From contig OY970342.1 of the NCBI GenBank assembly GCA_963717505.1, forward strand, positions 298,791-362,790: a stretch of 64,000 nt of DNA. The letters are read 5' to 3'. This stretch comes from Candidatus Eiseniibacteriota bacterium. Lineage in GTDB: Bacteria > Eisenbacteria > RBG-16-71-46. Each line of letters opens with the position of its first letter. The stretch's first letter is position 1. The notes beneath the pieces were generated by a model, which did not search any database, had not been told where the DNA came from, and saw nothing but the letters and a program-made list of their open reading frames with translations. This document shows, piece after piece, positions 17,032 through 26,692 of this stretch. A program made the position numbers and the translations under genes.

Positions 17032-19800
17032 TCACGGCACGAACGCGACACGCGCGGTCGCAGACTCGGCGCCCTGCGACACGCGCAGCCAGTAGATTCC
17101 CGGGCGCTCCGGGCGGTCGCGCAGCGTCACCACGTGACTCCCGGCGCCGAGTGAGCCGACGTTTTCGGTGGCGATCCGCCGCCCGGTGACGTCGTAGAGC
17201 GAGATCGTCGCCTGCCCATCGCCCGGAAGCGTGAACGAGACTCGGATCTCTTCTCGCGCTGGGTTCGGCAGAACCATGTGGATCGTGATCCCGTTGGCGG
17301 CGGCCGACGTCCCGCCTCCCACCGCCGGACCGCTCACCCGCACTGTCATGCCTTCCGACGGCACGCCCTGGTCGTCGACCACGAACAGCATGTAGTGGCC
17401 CGGCAGGCAGCGGGCGGAGTCGACCGGCACGGCGACGTTGAGCCCGCCCGGCACCAGGGTGAACTCGACCGGCACGATGCGTTGGTTGGCGTCCCACGCG
17501 TGGGTCACTGAGCCGTGGCGCATGAGGCGAACCGCGGTGATGTTGGCGGGATCGTGGACTTGGACGTGGAACGTCTCGCCAAACCTTACTGCTGCCGGCG
17601 CCGCGTGGATCATGGGTCGCGTCCCGCGAAACAGGTAAGGCGGCGAGAACAACTCGGCATCGCGACGGTTCAGGTGGCCGCGCGGCGACGGCGCGCCGCC
17701 GCCGGCGCTCATCACGCGCCCGTCGGGAAGCAGCAGCGCAAGCGAATGGTAGAGCCGGGGCACGGTCATCGATGAGAGGGTCGTCCAGCTCCCGGTCGCG
17801 GGGTTCAGCAGCTCGGCGGCGAGCACGGCGCCGACCGGGTTGTTGCTTCCGAGACCGCTGGTGCCGCCGGTCGCGAGCACAGTGCCGTCGGGCAGAAGCG
17901 TCGTGTTTAGGTGCCGGCGCGGATAGGCCATGGGCGCACCGGCGATCCACTGCAGAGCGGGATCGTCGAGATCGATCCCCTCGGTGGATGCGGTCGGCGT
18001 GATGGTCGGCGGAACGGCGGTGTCGTAGGAGCTGCCACCGATCACCAGGATCTTCCCGTGCTCGAACATCACGGACGAGCCGTACTCGCGATACCCGAAG
18101 CTCGTGGCCGTTGGGTTCGTCCACGCGCCGGTGCCGCGAGGATCGAGGTACCACGATTCCCCCTGCCAGCCGGCACAGAAGACGCTGTCCTCCCCGATCA
18201 CATACATCCACGGGTAATAGCGCCAGAGCAGCGGTTCACCGAGCCGCGCGTCGGTCAGATCGCGCCAGGCGTGCGCTCGCACGTCCCAGACCTGCGGCAA
18301 GTCGTTCATGAGGGTCTGTGAGATCGACCCCGCGGTCACCAATAGATCGCCGTTCGGCAGGACGGTGTTGGTCGGATACCAGCGGCCGCCGTTCATGTCG
18401 GGCAGGTGTTCCCACGTGTTGGTCACCGGATCGTAGAACGCGGCGTTCGGCAGGCCCTCGGCCTCGGCGATGTGCCCGCCAGTGACGAACACGCGGCCGT
18501 CGGCGGCCAGCGTGTGGCCCGAACAGAAGAGATCGAAGCCGGCCTGGGCGATGCCGTGGACCATGCCGCCCATCGGATCCCAGCGGACCGGATGGTCGCC
18601 GCCGTTGCCGCCGATGTGCTGTTCCTCGCCCGGCCACATCATGACTTCGCCGCTCGGCAGCAGCGTTGCGTGGATCGCGACGATGGGCAGGCACACGGGA
18701 TCGCTCCAGTGGCCGAGCGCCCGCGCCTGCTCGTCGTCGACGATCGTCACCAACGCTTCCGCCGGTCCGGCGATCGCAACCGGGCCGCCCACATCGAGCA
18801 ACTGGACGCTGAACGCGTCGTCGCCTTCGGTGACGGCGTCGTCGTGGATCGGAATCGGTACGACCTTGGCGGTCTCTCCGGGACCGAATGCGATGAGCGT
18901 CGAGGTTGTGTCGTAGTCGGCCAGAGTCGCGGACCCGGGCGTGGTTCTGACGCGCACCTGAACCGAGCTCTGCAGACCGCCGACGCGATCAATCCGGACC
19001 CCCGCGGCGCCGTCGGTCTCGACCGGCGAGTACTTGGCCGCGGAGAAGCTCAGCACGCTGGTCAGCGAATCGACGAACTGAACCCGCACGTTGTCGAGAT
19101 CGTGAAGTGCCGTCTGGCCGCCCGAGCGTGCCATGAAGTGGACGCGCGACTCGTAGGGCGCGAGCCCGGGAACGGCGAAGCGATCGACCACGGTGATCGG
19201 CGGTCCGCTGCATGGCGTCAGGATCACCGTGACGTCGGGCGGGTTGTGCGCCGGCCGGGCAATCACGCGCGCGTGGTTGAAGTAGCCATTCGCGAGGTCG
19301 ATCTCATGCGACAGGTCGAACTCCGCGAGCTTGGTGGTGTTCCAGTGAACCGAGACGTGGTCGGCGCTGATTTCCCCCGCGCCCTGATTGATGTCGAAGC
19401 CGATGCCCAGCGAGGCGTCGAGGTCGGCCTCCTCGGACTCGCCGCCGATCGCGCCGGTAGTGTCGAACAGTGCCGTGCTCGCCAAGGTGAAGCCAAAGCC
19501 GTCGGCGCGGCTGACCGCCGACTGCGGCGTCATGCGGAAGTCGAAGTCGGCGACGATGACGTCGTGCGCCCCGGGGTCACTCAAATCGAACGCGATCGAG
19601 TTGACGTTGGCGAGCGTGGTGTCGGCGAGGCGCAGGAAGTTGCCGCTCGGCCCGGCGAGGCACCCCGGCGCGGGCGGAACGCCGAACGATCCAAACGTGA
19701 AGGGCGTTCCAGGCGTGTCGCAGTCGTGCACGGTGGCCGCGCCGGCGGGCGATCGCCACGCCAGAGCGATGAGTGCGGCCAGGATCAACCGGTGACGCAT
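17032..19800 (-). CDS. Secreted multidomain protein: L-type lectin-like domain + Calx-beta + galactose/glyoxal-oxidase-like Kelch beta-propeller + DUF1929/E-set domain + T9SS C-terminal sorting domain
   Basis: Start at ATG 19800 (MRHRLILAALIALAWRSPAGAA signal). Lectin-like …ADGFGFTL… region. Calx-beta-like …KVVPIPIHDDAVTEGDDAFSVQLL…. Kelch propeller with GAOX-type C-terminal domain (…FSPPYLFRGTRP…AVRLMRHGSVTHAWDANQRIVPVEF…LPGHYMLFVVDDQGVPSEG…). CTD …LPNPAREEIRVSFTLPGDGQATISLYDVTGRRI…GIYWLRV…. Confidence 0.8.
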   Translation of the reverse strand: MRHRLILAALIALAWRSPAGAATVHDCDTPGTPFTFGSFGVPPAPGCLAGPSGNFLRLADTTLANVNSIAFDLSDPGAHDVIVADFDFRMTPQSAVSRADGFGFTLASTALFDTTGAIGGESEEADLDASLGIGFDINQGAGEISADHVSVHWNTTKLAEFDLSHEIDLANGYFNHARVIARPAHNPPDVTVILTPCSGPPITVVDRFAVPGLAPYESRVHFMARSGGQTALHDLDNVRVQFVDSLTSVLSFSAAKYSPVETDGAAGVRIDRVGGLQSSVQVRVRTTPGSATLADYDTTSTLIAFGPGETAKVVPIPIHDDAVTEGDDAFSVQLLDVGGPVAIAGPAEALVTIVDDEQARALGHWSDPVCLPIVAIHATLLPSGEVMMWPGEEQHIGGNGGDHPVRWDPMGGMVHGIAQAGFDLFCSGHTLAADGRVFVTGGHIAEAEGLPNAAFYDPVTNTWEHLPDMNGGRWYPTNTVLPNGDLLVTAGSISQTLMNDLPQVWDVRAHAWRDLTDARLGEPLLWRYYPWMYVIGEDSVFCAGWQGESWYLDPRGTGAWTNPTATSFGYREYGSSVMFEHGKILVIGGSSYDTAVPPTITPTASTEGIDLDDPALQWIAGAPMAYPRRHLNTTLLPDGTVLATGGTSGLGSNNPVGAVLAAELLNPATGSWTTLSSMTVPRLYHSLALLLPDGRVMSAGGGAPSPRGHLNRRDAELFSPPYLFRGTRPMIHAAPAAVRFGETFHVQVHDPANITAVRLMRHGSVTHAWDANQRIVPVEFTLVPGGLNVAVPVDSARCLPGHYMLFVVDDQGVPSEGMTVRVSGPAVGGGTSAAANGITIHMVLPNPAREEIRVSFTLPGDGQATISLYDVTGRRIATENVGSLGAGSHVVTLRDRPERPGIYWLRVSQGAESATARVAFVP

Positions 19801-19852
19801 TCGGCACTTCCCTGTGTCGGCCTTCGAACTGCGAGAATCCGAAGCTCGGCCG

Positions 19853-21877
19853 CTAGACTCCGAACTTCTCCGGCTCCCACTCGAGCCCGAGGTCGCCGGG
19901 CGGCCCCATGTAGCCGAGCAGTGCGCTTGCCGCCACCACCGCCGGGCTCGCCAGGTAGCCTTCCCCACCCACACCCATGCGGTTCGTCCAGTTTCGGTTG
20001 AACGACGTGATCGCGCGCTGTCCCGCGGTCAGGGCATCCGGGCCCTGGCCGAAGCACGGCCCGCACCACGACTCTCGGATCTCGCCGCCGACCGAGCGGA
20101 AGACGTCAGCGATCGAAGCACCGCCCAGACGAGGATCGGCGCTTTCGATCTGGCGCTTCACGCCGCCCGATCCCGGGAAAATGATGAACGGCTTGGCGAC
20201 CTCGCCGCGCCGCGCGGCGTGGATCACCAGTGCCGCCGACAGCAAGTCGTCGTAGCCGCCGTTGGTGCAGGAGCCAATCATGGCTTTGTCGAAGGTGAGT
20301 CGCTCCTTGGCGATCTCCTCGGCCGGGAACGCGTTCCCCGGGCTGAACGGCCGGGCGATCATCGGCACGACCTCGGGCAGATCGAGCGCCTCGTCGATCT
20401 CGTAGCGGGCGTTTGCGCCGGGCGCGATCCGCGGGTAGGGCAGCTCGTTCATGCCCTTCTTGCGATACCACTCATAGGTGATGTCGTCGGCCGCGAAGAT
20501 GCCGTTCATCGCCTCGCCTTCGGCCATCATGTTGCAGATGGTGTTGCGGAAGGCGACCGGAAGTTGTTTGCCGGCGTCGATGAATTCGACCGACATGCCC
20601 TGCGATTGCTTGGCGCCCCAGCGCTTGAGCAACGCGAGCACGATGTCCTTGCCTGTGACCCACGGCTGGAGCTTGCCGGCGAACACCACGCGCCGCTGCT
20701 TGGGCACCGTGAAGTAGATGTAGCCGGTCGACCAGCCGAAGCCGAGCGTGGTCGAGCCGACCCCGATGCCGATCGCACCGTAGGCGCCGTAGGCGCGGCT
20801 GTGCGAATCGGCCCCGGGGATGAACTGCCCCGGCATCACCAGGCCCTGCTCGGGAAAATAGAAGTGGAAGATGCCGTCGCCCGGTGTGGCGTAGTAGGGC
20901 TTCTCGATTCCGTGGTGCTTCGCGAACGCGCGGCCGATCGCGGTCTGGCGATCGTCGTCGGCCTTGCCGGTGAACACGAAGTGATCGTTGGCGACCGCGA
21001 TCTGGCGCGGGAAGATGGCGTCGCCGCCCGTGATCTGGTTGAACGTGTGGATCGAGAACGGTGCGGTGCCGTCAGAAGCCGGAAGTAAGTCTGCAAATAC
21101 CCGCAGCGTCGCCCCCGGCTCGACCCGCGCGTCCTTGTCGACTCGATGCGCCCACACGATCTGCTCGGTTGTGGTCAGGTTGCGCGCGACGTCGGCGCCG
21201 GCCCAGACGACCTCCGGCTTGCGCCGCACCGCCTCGGGAAATTCGCGGCGGCCGACGGCGAAGATGCCGCCGGTGCGCCGGATCTCGTCTTCCTTTGGCG
21301 TCAGCGCCACCGGCTCGTAGGTCTTGCCGCGCGTCGTGTTGGTCAGCCGCCGGCTCACCGGATCGAACTCGAACGCGTCGCCCTCTTGCGCGTCGGCCAC
21401 GGCCTCGGGGCTCTGAACGACCTGGAGCCCGAGATTGAGCGCGTTGCGTCGAAAAATGTCGCCCATGTTGTTGCCGCACACCACGACCATCTCGAGGCCG
21501 GCCTCTTCGGCGACACCTTTAAGCCCGGCCGGGCTCATCTCGCGCGAGCTGCCGATCGCGAACCGGTCGCCCGCGATCAGGAACGACTCGCCGCGGTGGA
21601 CGCGGGCGCGAAAGTCGGGCATCAGGTGGCGGAACGAGCCGGCTTTCCAGCGTTCGTCCAACGTTTCCAGGCTCTCGGACACGCAGTCGGAGGCTGGCGT
21701 GATCTGGTCGGTGTCGATCGCGTCGAGTTTGTGGCCGGGGCGCTTGGGGTCCCAGAAGATCAGAGCCTTGCCGCGCAGGATGCGCGTCGAACCTGCGGCA
21801 GCGGGTCCGGCGGACTGCGCGGAGGGGGCGTCGAGAACGGCACCGGGCTTCACGCGGGCGGGCTGGATGGTGTGCAT
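19853..21877 (-). CDS. Aconitase-superfamily hydratase with N-terminal swivel (LeuD-like) domain fused to a LeuC-like catalytic domain
   Basis: 674 aa, ATG 21877. Swivel-like N-terminus (…ILRGKALIFWDPKRPGHKLDAIDTDQITPA…). Catalytic motifs GADSHSRAYGAYGAIGIGVGST, IGSCTNG and CGPCFGQG (Fe-S ligands). Confidence 0.8.
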   Translation of the reverse strand: MHTIQPARVKPGAVLDAPSAQSAGPAAAGSTRILRGKALIFWDPKRPGHKLDAIDTDQITPASDCVSESLETLDERWKAGSFRHLMPDFRARVHRGESFLIAGDRFAIGSSREMSPAGLKGVAEEAGLEMVVVCGNNMGDIFRRNALNLGLQVVQSPEAVADAQEGDAFEFDPVSRRLTNTTRGKTYEPVALTPKEDEIRRTGGIFAVGRREFPEAVRRKPEVVWAGADVARNLTTTEQIVWAHRVDKDARVEPGATLRVFADLLPASDGTAPFSIHTFNQITGGDAIFPRQIAVANDHFVFTGKADDDRQTAIGRAFAKHHGIEKPYYATPGDGIFHFYFPEQGLVMPGQFIPGADSHSRAYGAYGAIGIGVGSTTLGFGWSTGYIYFTVPKQRRVVFAGKLQPWVTGKDIVLALLKRWGAKQSQGMSVEFIDAGKQLPVAFRNTICNMMAEGEAMNGIFAADDITYEWYRKKGMNELPYPRIAPGANARYEIDEALDLPEVVPMIARPFSPGNAFPAEEIAKERLTFDKAMIGSCTNGGYDDLLSAALVIHAARRGEVAKPFIIFPGSGGVKRQIESADPRLGGASIADVFRSVGGEIRESWCGPCFGQGPDALTAGQRAITSFNRNWTNRMGVGGEGYLASPAVVAASALLGYMGPPGDLGLEWEPEKFGV

Positions 21878-21958
21878 GGGCCCCGCGATCCTACGCGTTC
21901 CCGCACGCTCGGCAAACTCGGGAGGACGGGGCCGTAACGGCGCCCGCCCCGCGGGAAT

Positions 21959-22471
21959 CTAGTTCCGGGGTAGGTCCCGGACCGCGACCGGCTGCGGCGA
22001 GGGCGCGAGCAGACGCACCGCGCGCACCTGGGACTTGTTCACCAGCGCCGCGCCCTGGGTGGCGCGCATCGGGAAGAAGTCGTCGGGCAGGTTCAGGAAG
22101 TCCGAGACCCGGTTCATGCCTTCGGGCTGCTCCATCTGCACCAGGCCGACCATGGTGCGGCCGTCCCGGAACGTGATGTGCACGGTTTCCTCGTTAGTCA
22201 CCAAGTAGTTCGGCGGACAGACCAGCTCGGGTTTGACCTCGCGCGTGGCCATGACCCAGTTGACGTCGAGGCGGTTGAGCAGCACCACCTCGGATCGCTC
22301 GGGCACCACCAGCGGCACGATCCGGCTGCCGGAGTTCAACAGCTCGAACAGGGTCTCCGGGCCGAGATGATCGCGCGACTGGGGCAGCAGCCAGCAGTGG
22401 CCGGGCTGCGATTCCTCGCCTGACATGCAGACGCTGATCTCGACCGCGATCTTCTCGATGTACTCGAACAT
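21959..22471 (-). CDS. Hypothetical 170-aa protein, divergent from pilT
   Basis: ATG 22471 (MFEYIEKIAVEISV…) with GGAGG 8 nt upstream. The rest of track ORF 21959..23587 is antisense to pilT and rejected. Confidence 0.5.
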   Translation of the reverse strand: MFEYIEKIAVEISVCMSGEESQPGHCWLLPQSRDHLGPETLFELLNSGSRIVPLVVPERSEVVLLNRLDVNWVMATREVKPELVCPPNYLVTNEETVHITFRDGRTMVGLVQMEQPEGMNRVSDFLNLPDDFFPMRATQGAALVNKSQVRAVRLLAPSPQPVAVRDLPRN

Positions 22472-22570
22472 GCGCTCGCCTCCGGGTTCGGTCCGGGTAT
22501 CGGTCCTCGAGGGCGGCGTCTTGAGCGGACTCCAGATTTCGCCGAGTCCGGCCGAAAACTCAGGCACGCC

Positions 22571-23647
22571 ATGGCACGCATCGACGCGATCCTCAAGCTG
22601 GTCAAGGACCAGGGTGCTTCGGATCTCCATCTGAGCGCCGGGGCTCCGCCCATGGTCCGGATCCACGGCGAGATCACTCCGATCCCGTACGAGCAGCTGA
22701 CCGCCGAGGTCTGCGAGCTGCTGATGTTCGAGATCATGGACGCGCAGGTGCGAGCGCGTTACGAGCAGAATCGCGACGTGGACTTCTCGTACGAAGTCCC
22801 CGGCGTGATCCGGGTGCGTTGCAACGTGTACGAGCAGCACAAGGGGGTTTCGGGCGCATTCCGTTTGCTCCCCGGAGCGGTCCCGACCTTCGAGGACCTG
22901 GGCCTGCCGACTTCGCTCGCGCGCCTGACCGAGTTGCCGCGCGGCCTGGTGATCGTCACCGGCCCCCCCGGCACCGGAAAGTCGAGCACGCTCGCGGCGA
23001 TGATCGACCACATCAACCGCACGCACCGGAAGCACATCCTGACCATCGAGGACCCGATCGAGTTCCGCCACATCAACCACCAGTCGCTGGTCACCCAGCG
23101 CGAGATCGGGCGCAACACGCCGAGCTTCGTCCAGGCGCTGCATGGCGCCCTGCGCGAGGACCCGGACGTGATCATGGTCGGCGAGATGCGGGACGCCGAG
23201 ACCATGTCGCTGGCGCTGACCGCGGCGGCCACCGGCCAGCTCGTGTTCGGCACGCTGCACACGATGAGCGCGATGCAGACGGTCGACCGCATCCTCGACT
23301 CGTTCGACGGCGAACGGCAGATGCAGGTGCGTCTGATGCTCTCCGAGTCGCTGCGCTGCGTGCTCGCCCAGCGCCTGCTCAAGCGGCGCGACGGCAGCGG
23401 CCGTGCGCTGGCGCTCGAGATCCTCATGGGCACCCAAGCGGTGTCGGCGCTGATTCGCGAGCGGAAGACGTTCCAGCTCTCGTCGGTGGTTCAAACCGGG
23501 CGCAAGGAAGGCATGCAGACCATGGACGAATCGGTCATGAACCTGGTCCGCACCGGAGTCGTGTCGCCCGAGATGGCGGCGGCGCACGTGACCAACCGCG
23601 ACTTGCTGCGCGCCGCGCCCGGCGACGCTGGCCTGATGGCCGCATGA
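22571..23647 (+). CDS. pilT: Type IV pilus retraction (twitching motility) ATPase PilT
   Basis: 358 aa. Walker A GPPGTGKSST, Asp box and His box. Overall PilT/PilU signature (…LRCVLAQRLL…ALEILMGT…). Confidence 0.9.
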   Translation: MARIDAILKLVKDQGASDLHLSAGAPPMVRIHGEITPIPYEQLTAEVCELLMFEIMDAQVRARYEQNRDVDFSYEVPGVIRVRCNVYEQHKGVSGAFRLLPGAVPTFEDLGLPTSLARLTELPRGLVIVTGPPGTGKSSTLAAMIDHINRTHRKHILTIEDPIEFRHINHQSLVTQREIGRNTPSFVQALHGALREDPDVIMVGEMRDAETMSLALTAAATGQLVFGTLHTMSAMQTVDRILDSFDGERQMQVRLMLSESLRCVLAQRLLKRRDGSGRALALEILMGTQAVSALIRERKTFQLSSVVQTGRKEGMQTMDESVMNLVRTGVVSPEMAAAHVTNRDLLRAAPGDAGLMAA

Positions 23648-24942
23648 CCTCGATGGCCACGCGCGCGGGCTCTTTCAGCGGCGAGCTGGGCGTCGTCGGC
23701 CTGTTCGACCTGGGCCACCTGCTGATGCTCAATCGCGCGAGCGGCACACTGACCGTCACCGCGGAGGGCCGCCGCTCGACGCTTTCGATTCGCGAGGGCA
23801 AGCTGGTGAACGCGGTCGACGACCGGCGCAAGCAGGGTCTGGACGCCGCCTATCGGGTGTTCATGATCCGCGCCGGAATGTTCGAATTCCGCCCGGGCAA
23901 GCCCGCGGGCGAAGAAGCGATCGACGCAAGCATCGAGGCCATCATGCTCGAGGCTGCGCGCCGCATGGACGAGGAATCTGGCGACACCGGCGCGACGCGC
24001 CTGCTGCTGGTGCGCCAGACCCAGTTCGACGCCCTGCGCGACGAGTTCCATCGCGTGACCAGCGAGGCCGTCTCCGAAGCGCGCCGCGCGCCGTCGTGGA
24101 GCGATCCCTGGCTCGATTCGCTGCAGGTGATGGAGGATCGTCTGCTGTTCCGGCCCGAGGCGGAGCCACGGCTGTTCCGTCAAGGCCGTTGGGATCCACC
24201 GCAGGCGGAGGAAGCACCGCTCGATGTTCAGGCCTACGAAGAGCTACGCGTCAGCCTGATGTCCGGCGTCGCGCTCGAAAATCTGGCGGAGGACGTGAGG
24301 CGCCGCGTGGTCAGTCATCGCGGCAGGCGCTACGGCATCACCTGGATCAGCGGCCTGAACGAAGCCATGTGGGTGAGCCTCGCCGACGTCGATGCCGGCG
24401 TGGTGGCCGGCAAGTGGGAAGCGTTGGACGCGGTGCTCGACGAACCATCGGCAACCATCTTTGCCGCCGCGCCGACGCTGGACGAAGCCAATCGGCTGCT
24501 GCGGATGCTGGTCGCGCGCGTCGCTTCGCGTCGCGGCACGACGCTGGTGGTGATCACCGAGGATGCCTCGATGGCCGACGACAAGGGCACCGGCCTCGTG
24601 CTCGCCGTGAGCGCCGCCGAATCGGAGCGTGTGATTCGCGCCGCGCGCCCGGGAATCGTGGCGTTGGATGCCGCGTGCCCGCTGGGTGCGGTGATCCTGC
24701 CGGCACTGTCGGCAGCACCGTTCGTGCTCGCGGGTGTCGTGGCCCCGACCCCTGAAGCCGTGATTGCCCGCTGGCTCGTGCGCTTTCCGTCGGCCGAGCT
24801 GCCGCGTGCGACGACGCTTGTGTCGTCGGCGCCCGCGGCCGTGATGATGGCCAGCCGAGCGGCCGGCACCAGTGCGCTGTCGTTCACCGTGCACCGCGTG
24901 ACGCCGCCGACCGGGGCGCTGTCGATCGATCTCGTTCGATAG
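23644..24942 (+). CDS. DUF4388 (PATAN-like) domain protein, translationally coupled to pilT
   Basis: ATG 23644 overlaps the pilT stop (ATGA). N-terminal …[46 protein letters not shown]… is the DUF4388 signature. Ala-rich C-terminal region. Confidence 0.65.
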   Translation: MTSMATRAGSFSGELGVVGLFDLGHLLMLNRASGTLTVTAEGRRSTLSIREGKLVNAVDDRRKQGLDAAYRVFMIRAGMFEFRPGKPAGEEAIDASIEAIMLEAARRMDEESGDTGATRLLLVRQTQFDALRDEFHRVTSEAVSEARRAPSWSDPWLDSLQVMEDRLLFRPEAEPRLFRQGRWDPPQAEEAPLDVQAYEELRVSLMSGVALENLAEDVRRRVVSHRGRRYGITWISGLNEAMWVSLADVDAGVVAGKWEALDAVLDEPSATIFAAAPTLDEANRLLRMLVARVASRRGTTLVVITEDASMADDKGTGLVLAVSAAESERVIRAARPGIVALDAACPLGAVILPALSAAPFVLAGVVAPTPEAVIARWLVRFPSAELPRATTLVSSAPAAVMMASRAAGTSALSFTVHRVTPPTGALSIDLVR

Positions 24943-25064
24943 GAACCAACTTTCGCCGCATCGGAGTGCGGCAATCGGTCGCGTGTTCGTGCCGCCCTGA
25001 CGATCTCCTGACGTTGGACGAGCCGCGAAGCCTTTTGCGGGCACTCTGCATCCAATGCGGCGCC

Positions 25065-26081
25065 ATGCCCGATCAGGAACGTGTACCAGAAGGGCTGAAC
25101 TCCGACGCCCACAGCACTGACGCCGAGCTGCTCGACGCTTACTCGCGCGCCGTGACCTCGGCGGTGGACCTTGTCGGACCCGCGGTGGTCCGGATCGAGG
25201 TCGAGCACGGCTCTTCCCCCGGCCAGATTTCCCTACCTGGGCGCCGTCGCGGCGGCAGCGGCTCCGGGTTCGTGTTCACCCACGACGGCCTGGTGCTGAC
25301 CAACAGCCACGTGGTCCATGGCGCAACCGCGATCCGGGTGATCCTGCAGGACGGCCGCGAGTTGGCGGCCGACCTTGTGGGTGACGATCCCGACACTGAC
25401 CTCGCGATCGTGCGGGTCACGGCACCGGACCTGGTGCCCGCGACACTCGGCGACTCGAGCGCCTTGAAGCCCGGCCAGCTGGTGATCGCGATCGGCAATC
25501 CCTTTGGCTTCCAGACCTCGGTGACCGCCGGCGTGGTCAGCGCGCTCGGGCGCACGCTGCGCTCGCGCTCGGGCCGGCTGATGGACAACATCATCCAGAC
25601 CGACGCGGCGCTGAACCCCGGCAACTCGGGCGGGCCGCTGGTCAGCTCGCGCGGCGAGGTGATCGGCGTCAACACCGCGGTGATCCTGCCGGCGCAGAAC
25701 CTGTGCTTCGCGATTCCCTCGAACACCGCGATCCAGGTGGCGACGCTGCTGATTCGCTCGGGGCGCATCCGCCGCGCGTACCTCGGAATCGGCGGTCAGC
25801 ACGTGCATCTCCATCCGCGCATCCTGCGCGCCTACGGCATCGGATCGCAGGACGCGCTCATGGTGGTCCAGGTCGAGCCCGGCAGCCCGGCTCAGGCAGC
25901 GGGCTTGAGGGACGGCGACATCGTCGTGGCCTTCGAGGACCAGCCGATCGAGTCGGTCGACGACATGCACCGCCTGCTCTCCGAGGAGCGGATCGGCGCG
26001 CGGTCGCGCCTGACGGTGCTCCGGCGCGGGCAGAAGCTCGATATCGAGGTCGTGCCGGCCGAGTCGTCGCCGCGCGACTAG
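25065..26081 (+). CDS. HtrA/DegP-family trypsin-like serine protease with C-terminal PDZ domain (no obvious signal peptide)
   Basis: Catalytic triad context …TNSHVV (His)…DTDLAIV (Asp)…GNSGGPLV (Ser). PDZ: …[29 protein letters not shown]…. ATG 25065; an alternative upstream ATG 24966 adds 33 aa. Confidence 0.8.
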   Translation: MPDQERVPEGLNSDAHSTDAELLDAYSRAVTSAVDLVGPAVVRIEVEHGSSPGQISLPGRRRGGSGSGFVFTHDGLVLTNSHVVHGATAIRVILQDGRELAADLVGDDPDTDLAIVRVTAPDLVPATLGDSSALKPGQLVIAIGNPFGFQTSVTAGVVSALGRTLRSRSGRLMDNIIQTDAALNPGNSGGPLVSSRGEVIGVNTAVILPAQNLCFAIPSNTAIQVATLLIRSGRIRRAYLGIGGQHVHLHPRILRAYGIGSQDALMVVQVEPGSPAQAAGLRDGDIVVAFEDQPIESVDDMHRLLSEERIGARSRLTVLRRGQKLDIEVVPAESSPRD

Positions 26082-26181
26082 GGCGAAATCGCGCAGCCGC
26101 CCCCGCCGTGCACCAAGGCCGGGTCCAGTGCTCGACCGACGCGGCCGATAACTCTCGGAACGCCAACCCCGGGAGACCATC

Positions 26182-26565
26182 GTGCCTGATTGGATCTGGA
26201 TCGCCATCGCTGCCACCGTCATCATCGACGTCGTGGTGATCACGCTGGTCCTGCGGCAGAAACTCGGGAACTCCGGGGTCGACTTTGCGCGCCTCGCCCA
26301 GCTCACCAAGCTGATCCACGAGGCGGTCGGCGAGCACATGCGGGCCAATTACAGCGGCAACGTCAGCCAGCTGCCGTCAGCGCTCGAGGGCCTGATGCCG
26401 GTGGTCGAGAGTGTCATCCACCACGGCGGCCACAAGCTCGACGACGACACGCTGCGGCTCCTGGTGGTGACCTCGGTGACCTCGCACCGGCTCGCCCCGC
26501 GGACCGACGTCCAGCGGGCGATGGAGCAGGTGCCGCGGCGCAACTCGCTCGAGCGAGCGGCATAG
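26182..26565 (+). CDS. Small membrane-anchored hypothetical protein
   Basis: GTG 26182 with GGGAGA upstream. N-terminal TM IWIAIAATVIIDVVVITLVL. Confidence 0.4.
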   Translation: MPDWIWIAIAATVIIDVVVITLVLRQKLGNSGVDFARLAQLTKLIHEAVGEHMRANYSGNVSQLPSALEGLMPVVESVIHHGGHKLDDDTLRLLVVTSVTSHRLAPRTDVQRAMEQVPRRNSLERAA

Positions 26566-26692
26566 CTCCGACCCGTGGCCAACTGTCCGCACGGACAGTA
26601 GGTGTCCCCGGGGACACCTAGTTCGTTGATCCCACTGCCGGCGGCTCCCCTCCTTTGTCGGACCTGGGCGCGAGTGCGATTGTTCAGGGGCG

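Noticed and set aside
22472-23587. Upper part of 542-aa minus-strand ORF 21959..23587
   Set aside because: It is antisense to pilT, which has unmistakable Walker and PilT signatures. Only the distal 171 codons (21959..22471, own GGAGG RBS) are retained.
22819-23643. N-terminal 275 aa of 707-aa ORF 22819..24942
   Set aside because: It overlaps pilT in another frame (Arg/Pro-rich). The real DUF4388 gene starts at ATG 23644.
24966-25064. Upstream start for the HtrA-like protease (adds [33 protein letters not shown])
   Set aside because: The Cys-rich extension has no signal-peptide or domain character. ATG 25065 is preferred, but the longer form cannot be excluded.
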